Part shown: positions 23,734 to 36,800 of the stretch, piece after piece
Numbering within the stretch: the stretch's first letter is position 1
Layout: each line of letters starts with the position of its first letter
Assembly: GCA_030141605.1 (NCBI GenBank)
Contig: JAQGDQ010000045.1
Location: forward strand, 434,001-498,000
Length of the DNA: 64,000 nucleotides
Origin: Tubiluchus corallicola
Taxonomy: Eukaryota; Animalia; Priapulida
Direction: 5' to 3'
Made by a program: the position numbers and the translations under genes
The notes under the pieces: model-generated
Seen by the model: only the letters and a program-made list of their open reading frames with translations
Database searches by the model: none
Told to the model about the DNA's origin: nothing

Positions 23734-26235
23734 TTACATTTTTTCAATTTTTTTACTCGAGGTTGACAATTCACTAGTTAGTGACACACTTTTTAAAGAA
23801 CCCGTTTGTTCTGCTTCTGCAATTTGGTTTTTAGACGCTCTGGCTGCGTCACGTTTGGCTTTGATTTCCGCTAATAACATCGTAGGATTATCATAATGAT
23901 TACTAGAAGCTTCTGACAAAGCCGATGCCCTACTTATTCTTGTTTTGATGTGGTCATTTCTGTGCCTGTAGCCGAGCGGTGGCAAAGGACGTTGATACAA
24001 CGTTAAATCTGGGCCCAAATGTTTGTCTTTTGAATACAGCTTAGTCATTCGTTTCATTCGCTTGCGACCAGAATAAACTAAAATTCCGAAAAACAGTAAA
24101 AACAGCACTACCATGATGCCAATTGTCAACAAAGCCCAATTTGGTAGACGCCCATTTGCTTCTTCTTCTTTGTACAAGCTCAGTTTGTAGCCTAGTTGAG
24201 ATTGGAGTTCTAGAGACTTCATTTCGATAAGATCGACCAATTCGACATCGGATAACGCAAAACCGTGTTCAGTTTGCTCAGAGTATATAGCGATTGTAGC
24301 TTCTACTTTCTCAGTAATGCCATCATCAGATTCTTGCACTTTTGATGTAGCAATCACTTTAACGCTATCACTGTTAATGTCATTTGCTTGTCCCTCGCAA
24401 GAATACTCTTGGCAATAAACTTGAGCTGTCGTTGCGAGAATACTTTTGAAATGCTCCATTTGAGAAGTGAAATTATCTTTCGATATTTCGCTTGCAACAA
24501 CCACTACGAATCCGTTAACTGGGGGAGGCGTTGTGGTGATTGGTTCTGTTGTAGTAACTTCAGTAGGATTACTTTTATCATTTTTACTCCTCCCACGTCC
24601 ATCTCGATTTTTCTTTGAAGGATTTTCGTACGGTTTGGGAGGTGCCTTCTGTGTTACTCCCTTCATTTCTTGCTCCTTCTGAACTTGCTCAACCGGCACG
24701 TCGTATGTGTGCCAGCTTAGTCTGAATCCTCTGTGTTCCACACTTGTGGAATTACCAGCTCTAAATCTCACAATGGCGGATCTCTTATTCAGTTTCATCT
24801 CATACGCTTGGGCAGAACCACTGAAACTTCTGAACATTGTCATTCCCTTTGAATCTTTCTCTCCAGTTCCTATGAACAAATAATCATCTTGACCTAGGTC
24901 CATGTCAGTAAGGGTCAACTTGAGTCTCACATGAGGAAAGAAGTGATCTGGAACCTTTATCCGCCACTCACTTACCTTGTTAGTTGCGTATGGCTTCGGA
25001 TAATTTTGAGATTCAATTGTCCCACTGGCAGCTTCCATTTCGTGCAAGGATGAGGGTCTTGGGCCAACGTCATATAACATATAAAATCCTCTGGCAGTTC
25101 TTGTTTCGTCAGTTCGGAACAAAACCCACATTTTGTTTGTGGGACTTGAAATGCTGTATGCCACAGTTTCATTCAGTTTTACTGTAAGATTTAACAGTAC
25201 GTTTTCTAGAGGATCGCCATATCCTACCATGACATAATCATATTGTTGTTCTACTTCAAAATGACGACCAAAGACAGTTAGAGTAACTATCTGTGTAGGG
25301 TCGCCGTTTATTACCCAGAGTCTGTCTTCTAAATTGTAGTAGCGCAGCGGCCAATTTGTTGTCGTGATATTTCCAACTGTATTTGTGATGTATTGTACTG
25401 GACTGTACGGTGCCTTATATCCCACCACTGTGGGTTTGGCGTAAGACGCGAGATACGTCAGGACAAAATGTTTATCTATTTTCTGTGTCCTCGTCATAAA
25501 AAGAATTGTAATAGTCCGCCCTTTAGTCACAAATGCTTTAGTTTTCTCACTTCCAATGTACCTCCTCAATACTTGTCCACGTTCGTCACGGAACTCAATG
25601 AAGTCATCTAGTCCTATATTTAACCTGGGAAATTCTAGTTTGATGCGAGGTGCCTGACGGCTTACTGTGATGTTCCAGAAACAGACAAGTCCAGCATCAT
25701 AACCAAGAGGATATCCGGGATTAATTATTTCTCCACGATCTAGTTCAATAATTGCTCCACAGCGTCTGGAGGAAGTGGGTAATACAGTTGTAGGTGGCGT
25801 GGGACGAGGTGTGGTGGAAGTTGCCGATGTCATTGTTGCTGTTGTAATACTTCGCGTTGTTGTCGTCTTTTTTCCCGTTTCTTTTCTTCCTGAGAATAAT
25901 CGTGATCCAGGTCCAGGTGCCAAGCCAACTCCCAACCCTCTCAGATCAGTGGGATTTGTGGGAGCACGTGCAGGGTGAACAGTCTCTGTAACTGGATGTA
26001 CGGAAGGATACACAACGGATTTGACTTGCATTGTCATTTCTTCCTCAGAATCATTATGCATTGGCATTAATACTGTTTTCACTACCATCTCTTCCTTCAT
26101 TTCCATAGGATGAGTTACAGCAACCACTATCATTTTAGGTGATTCTGTCGTTTCCTCTTGGCACCAAACAGTTACAGCTTTTACTAACAGCAACATGCAT
26201 ATCGCATGTACTTGACACCTTGCAGTCGGTACCAT
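23734..26235 (-). CDS. Intronless type-I membrane protein: signal peptide, Thr-rich mucin stalk, three CUB domains, SEA-like juxtamembrane domain, TM, cytoplasmic tail (about 833 aa)
   Basis: Single 2.5-kb ORF. Likely start ATG at 26235 (MVPTARCQVHAICMLLLVKAVTVWC). CUB1 CGAIIELDRGEIINPGYPLGYDAGLVCFWNI; CUB2 GNITTTNWPLRY...FEVEQQYDYV...FRTDETRTARGF; CUB3 SGTIESQNYPKPY...DMDLGQDDYL...HRGF; TM WALLTIGIMVVLFLLFFGILVY followed by RKRMKR. Confidence 0.92.
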   Translation of the reverse strand: MVPTARCQVHAICMLLLVKAVTVWCQEETTESPKMIVVAVTHPMEMKEEMVVKTVLMPMHNDSEEEMTMQVKSVVYPSVHPVTETVHPARAPTNPTDLRGLGVGLAPGPGSRLFSGRKETGKKTTTTRSITTATMTSATSTTPRPTPPTTVLPTSSRRCGAIIELDRGEIINPGYPLGYDAGLVCFWNITVSRQAPRIKLEFPRLNIGLDDFIEFRDERGQVLRRYIGSEKTKAFVTKGRTITILFMTRTQKIDKHFVLTYLASYAKPTVVGYKAPYSPVQYITNTVGNITTTNWPLRYYNLEDRLWVINGDPTQIVTLTVFGRHFEVEQQYDYVMVGYGDPLENVLLNLTVKLNETVAYSISSPTNKMWVLFRTDETRTARGFYMLYDVGPRPSSLHEMEAASGTIESQNYPKPYATNKVSEWRIKVPDHFFPHVRLKLTLTDMDLGQDDYLFIGTGEKDSKGMTMFRSFSGSAQAYEMKLNKRSAIVRFRAGNSTSVEHRGFRLSWHTYDVPVEQVQKEQEMKGVTQKAPPKPYENPSKKNRDGRGRSKNDKSNPTEVTTTEPITTTPPPVNGFVVVVASEISKDNFTSQMEHFKSILATTAQVYCQEYSCEGQANDINSDSVKVIATSKVQESDDGITEKVEATIAIYSEQTEHGFALSDVELVDLIEMKSLELQSQLGYKLSLYKEEEANGRLPNWALLTIGIMVVLFLLFFGILVYSGRKRMKRMTKLYSKDKHLGPDLTLYQRPLPPLGYRHRNDHIKTRISRASALSEASSNHYDNPTMLLAEIKAKRDAARASKNQIAEAEQTGSLKSVSLTSELSTSSKKIEKM

Positions 26236-26892
26236 GTTTGGTGTGATTTTCCTAAGCGTTACCGATGTTTCATTATCATTTTTAAAAAAACTTATTGTCA
26301 CCACCTGTCCAATTGTAACACTTGAATTTTCACATTATATCTGCGCGTGCTAAAGCTGCTGCATAGGTTTACCCAAATATTAGAGCAAACAGATTGACAG
26401 AACCACCACCAGTAATATAAACCACGCAGTGATCTGAACTATAATATCTGAAGGGTTGAATTTTTAGAACTGGGCCATTGCCCTTGAGTTACCTCACGAA
26501 TAACCGGTTTAGGTTGTCCTTCTATCCACTAACCGTGTCCGGCGCACCACCAACCCATGCCATTTTCACCTGAGATTTCGGTGGGCATACTTACGCGAAT
26601 TATTCAGCAGAATGTCTCGGGGTCAGCTGCGTAGCTGTCACGGTGAGTGAACATGGACACGTAATACACGGTGTCGAAATTTTAACATTCCAAGTGCAAG
26701 ACAATATTAAAAAGATTACGCCTGCATCCTGGTAGGGAATTAAGAACTGGCACTAGAGGAAGCTGCATACAACAATAGCGATCATCGGGATAGCATTATA
26801 ATCTGCAGGTGTTTGTGAAATGATAATAAATGTGCAATAGTGACGTCTACACTTTAAGTTAGTTAGTCACATTCAGTTATCTGCAGTTCAAA
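26236..26892. promoter_or_regulatory. Probable bidirectional promoter region between the CUB gene and the double-Cache gene
   Basis: Start codons 657 bp apart and divergent; locally higher GC/CpG; E-boxes (CAGCTG, CAGGTG/CACCTG) and a CRE-like TGACGTC at 26841. Confidence 0.55.
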
Positions 26893-29800
26893 ATGTCGTG
26901 CGTTACGAAAATTTGCAAGCTTTGGACGATATTCTTTTGCGTATTCGTGTTATGTGCTCGTGCTCAAGATGGTTTCGACAAAGGCCTAAGTAATTTGCAA
27001 TCAGTCAACACAGAAACTTGTGAGAATGTACTAGACAACAATCCCGACAGAATAGTTCTGGATGAAAACATGGTGTACGGAGTACCAGGAAACCCGTTAG
27101 GAGAGAATGAGCATTATCAAGAATACCTCAGCGCCTCAGCAAAATTGGCGCACAATCGAGCTTTCTTCTATAGTTTCAGTCTCCAACATGCTAACATTAC
27201 AAATGAGGAGCCAGGCTTTTTGTATTACTATTACTCAGCCATGGCTGATCTAGCAACCTATAGTGGCATAGCCACTGGTAGCAGTGCTGTATTTAACCGC
27301 AAATCGTTTTGGCCTAACTGGTATCATCAAGATAATCCATATGCACCCACTTTTAAAACAGACTTCTTCCCATACGTTCGGCGACCCGATCCATTGTACG
27401 AATTTTTTAAAGGATCTGAGATCGGTGTTGGTACTACATCCGGGTACACGGACAGTGATAGATACCGATGGCCTAAGGCGTGGTTCAGCAAGTGGATACC
27501 CAGGTCCATGCCACCGCCAGTTAGATATGATGTTGTGTTAGAAAAACTTTTTAAACCGAAAAAGTTCATCACGGTTTTTGGACCACCGGAAGCGTCACCC
27601 TACAAGTTTTCGGCGCCTTATTTCGAATGTGGAATAGCAAACGATTGGATAATCAGTGCAGAATCGCCAATTATCAACTATGAGAGACCTGGCATAAATT
27701 TTCCACAAACTTCTCCCACGTAAGTTAATAAACGCCTATTGCATTCGTGTAGTTATCGATGTCTAATTAATAGAAATCCCATCCACTTTGATGAAAATGC
27801 TGTGGTCGAAATTAATATCAGATCTACATTGAGGATCCATTTTGCAGTTTCGATACACATTAACATGAAGAAGTAGGCCCTATACAGTTTGCCCGAACGA
27901 AAGGCGTAATAAAATCTAGTGCGAAAACCAAACTGTTTCAGTTGTTTTAAAAGGACGGCAACACTGAAAAGTAATACTATGATATTATTAAACACGAAAC
28001 CTAGCCCCTCTCTCGTAGCACCCTACATAGTTTGGTAAAAGATGAAAAAGGGGGCTAAAAGGTTAAAATGCAATAAGAAAAACGAGTGGAAATTTAAAAT
28101 AGTAAAAAAATGGTAAACAATGTAACTAATTATAACCAACTAGAGTTCTGAATAATACGTTGGACCTGTAACATGACATTGAGAATACTAAATTTGATCA
28201 TATTACGCACTACTGAGAACAAAAACAAAAATTTTGTAGGTCTTAAGGTTTCTGTTACAGTCTTAACTTGCTTATTCTCTTTAATATTTAATGCTCTGGA
28301 TTTCGTATATTCGTCGCGCAATGCCAAAATGCGCTTAAAGTTAAATGCGCTTAACAGTTGAAGGAAGAGTAAAGCGGAGCGAAGAACATTTATGCCTACT
28401 TATTTTATTTCATTTGTTTTTCTGTCCTCCTCTCTCATTCTTTTTATAATTATGATGCGATTCAACGTCCACGCTGCTTTACCTATACTAATGGAGTATC
28501 TATGCCCACGCTGTTTTACCAGTAACAATAATGATGTACTATTATAGATGTTGTATTCACAGTGCATTAGTGAACGTTTGCAAACAAACTCTTTGGGAAC
28601 CTGTCAAAAATTCCGACAATCTTAAACTTACATATACCAGAAAAAAGGCGGGATGAAAGAAATATAAGTATACGCTATTTTAACCAAAGCGAAGATATTT
28701 CACAAGGTGCACGTACAAGAGACTCATAGGAAATAGAAAACATAAAGGGGAAGGCAATGAACTCAAAACAACCTGTAGGGCCTCTTTAGTAAAAGAAACG
28801 TGACAAGGGCAATTTTAAACTAGACGTGAGTAAACTGTATGCATGTATCTTATAGATTAACGCGTTAAAATTCTATATGTACAGAGGTATAATTAAGTTG
28901 GCTTTCCATTATTTTGTTGCGGTCCTATTAATTAACGTCAAAAAACGACAAATGCGCTATGAAATGTCGCAGAAACGCCAGTGGTGTCAAGTATCGCCGA
29001 AACTACAGTCAAAAGTATCAAATAATGTAATTGGTGTCAAAGTTACTGAAAGGTCAGCAGCGTCAAGCAAAAATTGTGAATATTGTCAAGAGCTAGCATT
29101 CTTTAGAAGGGTCTTGATTGTGCGGATGGGGGATGATGATGATTATGATGATGATGATGATGATGAGAATGTTTATCATGGTAATGTTGATGATATTAGC
29201 GATGGTAACGACATCTTTGAAAACTTAAAGAAGACATTAAACAGATAACTTCAAAATAGCTAATGTTAGTTTGTCTGCATATCTATCTACCTGCATGTCT
29301 ACCTATTTCTCTCTCGCTCTCTCTCCCTCTCTCTTCCCTTTCTCGCTCTCTCGCTTCCTCCCTCTCTCTCCGCCTCATTTTTCTCTCTCGCTAACCCTCT
29401 TTCTCTCTCTCTCTTTTCTCTTTCTTAGTTTTTCTATATAGCTAATCCATGAAACAGCCTGTACACTCCAAGTCCTTAAAATTTCATCACCGTATACTAG
29501 TGATTCATGATGTTTGGCCATAAGTTCCAACTAGAGAGACTGAACAAGTGAACTATTTAATACCGTATGTATGTTGTAATTCATTAAAACAAATCCTGTG
29601 TACAAGAACGATCAGAAAAGTGCCGCAATCGATATTTCAGTGATTTTAATCCACACGTTTTTTATTAATATCTTTTACTAACATAACGTTCACATACAGG
29701 TGGTACATCATATAGTCAGGTGACTTTTGGGAAACATTACTCATTGTTATGGCAAAATGGATTTATATAGTTTCCTCCCGGGCTATTTCTTTGCAGTAAA

Positions 29801-30787
29801 AAGGGAGGGGCAGGTATGCACTATTCTTTAGATCATCTCCGTTAAACCTGCTGACTCAATTCATGACTCAGTTGTGTACCTAATTGCATTCGTAGGAACG
29901 TACAAGTGTGATACAAAATAATTTATTTTATACTTGAACTTATTAATTATCTCTATCGTTGTATGGTTATAAAATTACCTGGCTGATTGGATATGCAAGT
30001 GCAACAAAAATTGACATTTATCAACAGTCGTTATTTAACATACCAAAATAAGTTGTAAAAGTTATACGGCATTATGTTAACAGTAAGCCCTAAACGAGTT
30101 TTAAATACTTGTACATCAGCAATGCATAATTTTTCAGTTATCATCCATAATCAGATGCATTTTTCCAGCATGAACAGTAGAAATTCTGGTGAATATTACT
30201 ACAGTTATCAAAACACTACAGTACTTTGAGAGAAAGAAATAATTGCCTAGTATTAGAAAAACTTAAAAACTTATTTTGCTCAGTTTCGAATGAACCGCCA
30301 GTATTAATGTATTAAAAGGAATAGCCGAGTGATTACGGTGTGTTTGACGACCAAAGTTAGGCAACACCGAGCCTGGTCACTAGGTAGGTGCGTGACGACA
30401 GCACGTTGGATCGTAAAACTTTACTGGGTGGTTTCATTCAGTCATACTGCCGCCCAATATTTTTCTCTGAGGAATAGACATCCACTGTCCCATCTTACAT
30501 TTACGGTGAGGTAGGTACACAATGATCTACAATGAGATAGGTGCCGTTCAGTGCTGGATCTCTGGAAAAAAGTCTGATTATATGGCTTGTAAAAAGTCAC
30601 GTCGAAATCTTGATAACTAAAAAACTCGTACGAATCGTATCAATGTTTAATCTAGTTTTTAAATTTATCCGTCTGTTAATTTATGTTCGCGTAATTCATC
30701 TAGTTCAGTTTTTTGGATGTATACACACAGACGGCAATATTTAGTTGAAAAATAAAGTTTCGAGAGAAAGAGAGAGTGAGAGAAGGA

Positions 30788-30839
<52 letters not shown>

Positions 30840-33800
30840 GGAGAGAGAGTTTGTGCATGCGTGAAGGAGAGAGAGTTTGTGCATGCGTGCGTGTGTGAGA
30901 GAGTTAATTTTGCTGAAAGGAGCTGGCATTGTAATATGTTTTTCTAATGTAAGCTAACACTTTGTACAACATACTAAAAATTGTTAGTTATTACCTGATG
31001 GGCTTTTACCTTTACTTACTGTACTTAACGGTCAACGAGCCAAAGGCAGACTTTCTTCCGCGTGTTTAAACTACAGCATATTTAAGTGTCAATACGTGCT
31101 GTTCAAAGAACCTTAGCTTCCTCATTTAACAACAACAATGCTAAATCGCGTTAAAAGAACCGACCCGTGTTCTACCCACCCGTGGTGAACAACAAAATCG
31201 ATTTCATTCTTTTTTAATTTTAAAACAATTTAAGATTTTTTAGCGAAAAACGTTACCAACTAAGTTGGAACAACATTAGTGCGAGATTTGGTAGTTATGT
31301 ATAATTTCTGTGATGCTGAAAAAAATTCTAGGCACAACTATATTGCGCAACATTTTGAGATGACGTAGTCTGATTTTGTTAAAAATGAATGGTACATAGC
31401 TGATGTGCTATATGTAGAAATTTACGCCTGTTTTGGTGTAGTTTTAGTTACCTGTTTTATTTCACTTAACTAATTTTTAATCGGTGAAGAGTAGGTAACG
31501 TGCTCGCTTTTTCATGTAAATGATCGACTAAATAAATCTGTACCTATCGTTAGCTCGAGACCAAATTATTATACACAAAGTGGACAATAGCAGAGGTGCG
31601 AAAAAACTCATATATATATATATATATATATTGACATTGGTCAATGAAATATAGTATAAATGAAGAATATTAAATGAAAAAAGATGCAATTTTAATGTAC
31701 TATAAACTCAATTAATATTCAATATTTTTAGATTACACGAGCAGTCAAAAAATTGATTTTTGCGATCAGTAGATTATACAACATGATTTAATTAATTAGT
31801 TGTTAAAGCACCATAATAGTTATTATACTTTTTAACTGATTTCGCTTACATTTACATTACCTAAATATTTACAATAATAACAATAATTTATCACTTTCAG
31901 TAGCAATTGCTGTTTTATTCTGATTTTTCATATTTCTTTTTGATCCCCAGGAATTGCACAACGAAATTAAAAAACTGCAATACTCCACAACGCAAGAGTT
32001 GTAAAATTTCAGCATTTTTTGGTACTTTCCATTCTGCATTTCTTCCTAAATTGCTAATGGCGATATAGTTACTTTTTCGAATGCAAGATTAGCATAATTA
32101 TCTACAAAAATAGGTCAGTAGCCCTTAACAGTTACTGTTACACTGTCTTATTAAAATTATCATAGTAATAAGCTTCACAGCCATTAATCAATGACAAACA
32201 AAACATGCCAGCGCGATGTGCTGCTTTCACATACAGACTTAGCAAAATTACAATCCAGCTTGAAAGTATAGAAATAATGTAGATTATGATGTACAGTAAC
32301 TATAACGTTTTCGTGCCATACTAGAAATTTATCCCCAGAAGAGGCACTTACAAAATAGGTCCCTTGATAATTATACCGAAAAATTATCATAATTGAACAA
32401 CATAAGGTTGAGCGTTAGAGGTCAAATGAAATAGAGGAACACAAGTTGTTTTGTCAAACTTCAGGCCAATACTGACAGTAATTCTAATGATCTTAGTATA
32501 ATCAGTAAGCATGTTGTCTATTTCTTACATGGGTAAACCATGTAAAGCAGACCACGATAAAGGTGTTAATACCACTGGCCCACTTAAATAACAAATTACA
32601 CGCCAGTCAGTAATTGCAGCAGAATAAATATTCGTTTCAGTCTTGACTGCCCCAAATGTGTTATGTATTTTGTGTTATTCTGGGTAAAAAAACAATCATT
32701 ACGTACAAAAACCAGTTTTAGTAGAAGAAAAATCCATAACAATAATATTAATAATAGTAATAAAACACTGTAATGCGCTTTAATTTAGTAAACAATGAGC
32801 AACTTATTTTATCGAACTGCTTACACGATCTGGTAAGACTCGAGCCATCAGCCCCCAGCGTTATGTTTGTTTTTAAGGTATTGATAAAATTTACATTTTA
32901 TGAAAGAGATGGACGTGCAGGTGTACAAAGCATATTGATACTATCAGGTGGCGGAAAACATGCCCGAAGTTTCGATTACGATATTACAAGAAGAAAATAA
33001 CAGACTCGTTTGAAAATTACCACACTGATGTTGCATACGTCTATGTATAAATCTGATGATTTTGGTGGCAATTCGTCTTTATATAGGAATTCCTATGGTA
33101 TATATAAATAAATGAATATGTATGATTTTTTTATTGCTGTCTATTGTGTGCTTTCTACATCAAAGTTTCAAATGACGAATAACTGACACTGTTCTATCAT
33201 TTAATTTTTAACATACAACAGCTTTTCGGCCATAACTTAAAAATTGTTTGAAGATATAGACTTCGCATTCAAAAGCCAATATCACACTATCGAATTTCAA
33301 CTTTGTGTGGCACTTGCTTCTGTAGTCTAAACACCGGTGCATGTTTCTGTGCCACCCAGATATTAGACACGATACTACTAATAGATACGATTCTCATTTC
33401 GGGAGACAATTACGACCTACCGAGTAAGGCCAGTAAGGCTAAATGGAAGAGTACATAAAATAACATTCTCGGTTATTAATCAATGACACATTATAACATC
33501 CCATTGCTACGTGTTGCTTTCTTACAAGGACTTAGTCAAGCAAAAACAGGCTTTAAACTCAGGAAGGAATGTAGATTTACGTTCTGTACCTCATGCGGAT
33601 GCTCTGATGTAACAGTTTTATAATCATAATTTAGACTTTATAATAATGACCATTATAAAGTGGGCGCTTTACTCAAAACAGGTCTTTTGAAAAAAACAGC
33701 ACGTAAAAGGTCACAAATGACTCACACGAAACCCAGATACGTTACGCAAATTATGTGAACTAAAAGGAACTTTAGTTTAATAAATTACAATAACGTATGA

Positions 33801-36800
33801 TATAAACATTAGACAATTGTGACATAAAAGTATTTACGTTCAATCTTTCAAAATTTTATAAACAGTTAAAAGGTTCTTTCTTTGAGCAACAGTATGTATT
33901 TGGTCACTTCGTTTCATATAAAGCTGTTTTAATAAGCCAAAATAGTTCTTTACATAGCCACGGAAAACTGTATTAATCGGAAATTTTATGTTGAGTTGTA
34001 ACCAATTAATCATTTTCTTCAGGTATATGGGAGCAATTAACGTTGACGTCCCGCTTAATTACTTAGATGTTAATCAGTGCCCCGGAGACACGTCACTAAA
34101 CGCTTTTGCTGGGACAGCGAAGTGCAAAAGTACAACACAGGTAAACTTTATTATAAAAGTTTGAAAGTTAATTAAAACATGCCATTTTAAAACTTAAAGC
34201 AAACGTAGATGCTGATGCTACGATAGTTTCGCGAAACTGTTTAACCGAATTTTATTCTCATGCCCAGTTATGTGTTAATAAAGGCGTTACATATCTAATA
34301 TTATAAATTAACCAAATCTATTACAACACCGGTTATATAAATGTATTAAAAATCGCCAAATAATTTTGAAAGTAGAACTGGCAAAAATTCACTCTGCTGG
34401 ATCTCAGGTTCCTTGTTTCAACGCAACAATCGGTTGACATTTAATCAGTTATTGTTTCAGGTAAAAAGGTAAAGTTGATAAACTAGATTTTTCCATGCAC
34501 ATTCAAGTTTCACCTCTGCATACCCTTAGTAAAACATAACTATGTTAAACCAATTCTTACTGACTGAGATGCAACTGACGCATTAATAACTAGTGAATAT
34601 AAATCTGGCAAGAGTTACCCATTTGGAAAAAGCTTTCGCTGCAGCTTAGCTGCTTCAGATACTTCTGTTGTTATTTTTAGTCAGCTTGTTTTACCAGTTT
34701 CTTGTTAATTAACAACTAAATTATTCATGAACTACAATGATTTTTTGAAGTGCATTCCAATTCCTGGGTTTGGACTAAATCGAGGCGGATACGTCTGCGC
34801 TTGCAAACCAGGATATCAGTACCCACCCGGACAGCAAGGACCCTACTTGGGAAGCACCCTGGAAGATGCACCCAGAGAAGTTTTAGAATCAAAGTTTGAC
34901 TGCATACCAATAGAGAATCAGCTGTCAGATCCTTTTATACGACAAAAACGAAGCATAGAGAAGCTACAAGAAGTAATGGGACAGCTTGATAAGATCTCAT
35001 TGGACAATTGCCACTTGGTACCTTATGAAGACACTGAACTGTCAGAAAGGTACAGACGAGAATGTTATTAGCATAACTTATTTCCTAACATTAAAAACTG
35101 TATTATATAAGTATTAGGTAATCACTGTCTATTACTTCTCTGTTCAAGGTTCTTCACAATCCTGCAAACATTTGCACGAATTACTCCAGCTCTGAAGTTT
35201 CAAGAACATTCTAAGTGCAAGATATCTATGACGCCGAGTCGCCTTGTAATGATGGTGCGCATTTAGCAAACACCGATCAAACGTCAAATATGTTCATTTG
35301 GTTAATACTTCAGTTTGCCTATTTTAGCCGTAATTTGGTCTACGACTTTGCGCCGTTTCGATTTCATTCAAATAAATTGGTTTAAAGAAAAAATACGTAC
35401 GCTAGGATCTTATAGTACCCATCCAAAGATGTCTCCCACTGTTACCCATTAGCATTAAATTTTTTTCTATTCTCCAGATGGATTAAGGTTATTCTTATAA
35501 TTTTTCGTAATTTTTGAGTTAATTAATTGATCATCTGAAAGAGACAAAGTCCATTAAAGATTCCTCTTTCCATCATAATTGCTCTCATATATTCCCACAA
35601 ATTGCCTAAGTTTGAAATTCGGTCTCCCAACATTATAGAGTTTTCTAGTTCAACAATGTTGGAGCAGCTGGTAAATATGCAGTATCGTTGCTCTGGAATA
35701 GTGAATAGTGATGCAGATTTAATTGACATCTTTTTTATGATAATTTGCAATTTAATAAACAAATAAAGTACGTGCTGTGTTGCTTTTTTCTAGCTTTCTG
35801 TACATGGTGGATATGTTATTGCTGCCACAGGCTCGTTTGGCTGTTCGAACTGCAAATTTTTTGAGCAATTACATGCAAAACGCATATGAAGCTGTAACTG
35901 TTGTCGACAGCAATGGTGAGGAGTTGGAGTCCAAAGACCTGACGCAGGAGCAAATGTTTGGAGAAGTTTTAGCAAATGTAGTTTCTGATCCAAAACTGTT
36001 TGGAGCCGCGATATTATTTAAATCGCGACATTTTAAAGGCGGAAGTGGCAGGTGAGATGTCAGGTTTTGTCATAAATTCAAGAGTACTGGCATGGTTTTA
36101 TAGTCTGATCTTGGCACTTGCTTCGGCGATAATTTTATTATCCTTAACTTAATGTTTTTCTAATTCTGGGTAGAAGTGGCTAAAATTATTAAATTTCAGA
36201 TTGATTTCAGAGATATAATGGGAATTTCGTTTTTGGAGATTTTGAAACTCATATAGGATTGCATAGTTTCTCTACACTGAGTAAGGAACACGGTATTAAG
36301 CAAATAATTGTTCTAAACTCTAAATATAATCACGTATGTTTTCTATATAGAATAAAAAACAAATAAAAAGTAATTAATGTATTGATAGTGCATTTTAGTG
36401 ATTTCGTTACTGTCTTTTACTGTCCGTCTGATCAGAAATTTCATTAAAATTTTTGACTCTTGCTAGTACCTTTTTTCTGTCAAAGTGCAGTGGTTTAGAG
36501 AACGATATAAAAACTATTAACTGTTGATTGCTGAACGATTAGCGATCGTACATTGAAAACATCACCCGAATAATACTGGTATGCTACTCCTGTGCCAAAT
36601 TCAGGTTTCATGAACTCGGTGTAATTCTCAATCAGAAAATATCATAAATACAAGAACACAAATTCTTTGTGCCAGAGACTGGAACAACAACAACGTTACT
36701 TAGTACGGATAAATCAAACGGAGAGTTGTTTCTACAAACTTTCTTAGAAGAAAGTAACTGAAGAAAAAATACAAAATGTTGCAATAGAAGACTACTTGGC

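Noticed and set aside
24388-25978. Several + strand ORFs inside the CUB gene; similar antisense or alternate-frame ORFs at 11052-12212, 40391-40826 and 48304-48639
   Set aside because: Shadow ORFs of real coding exons.
27720-34022. Possible nested gene in the 6.3-kb first intron of the Cache gene (e.g. ORF 28877-29248)
   Set aside because: No coherent exon chain or protein motif; the acidic run comes from a (GAT)n microsatellite.
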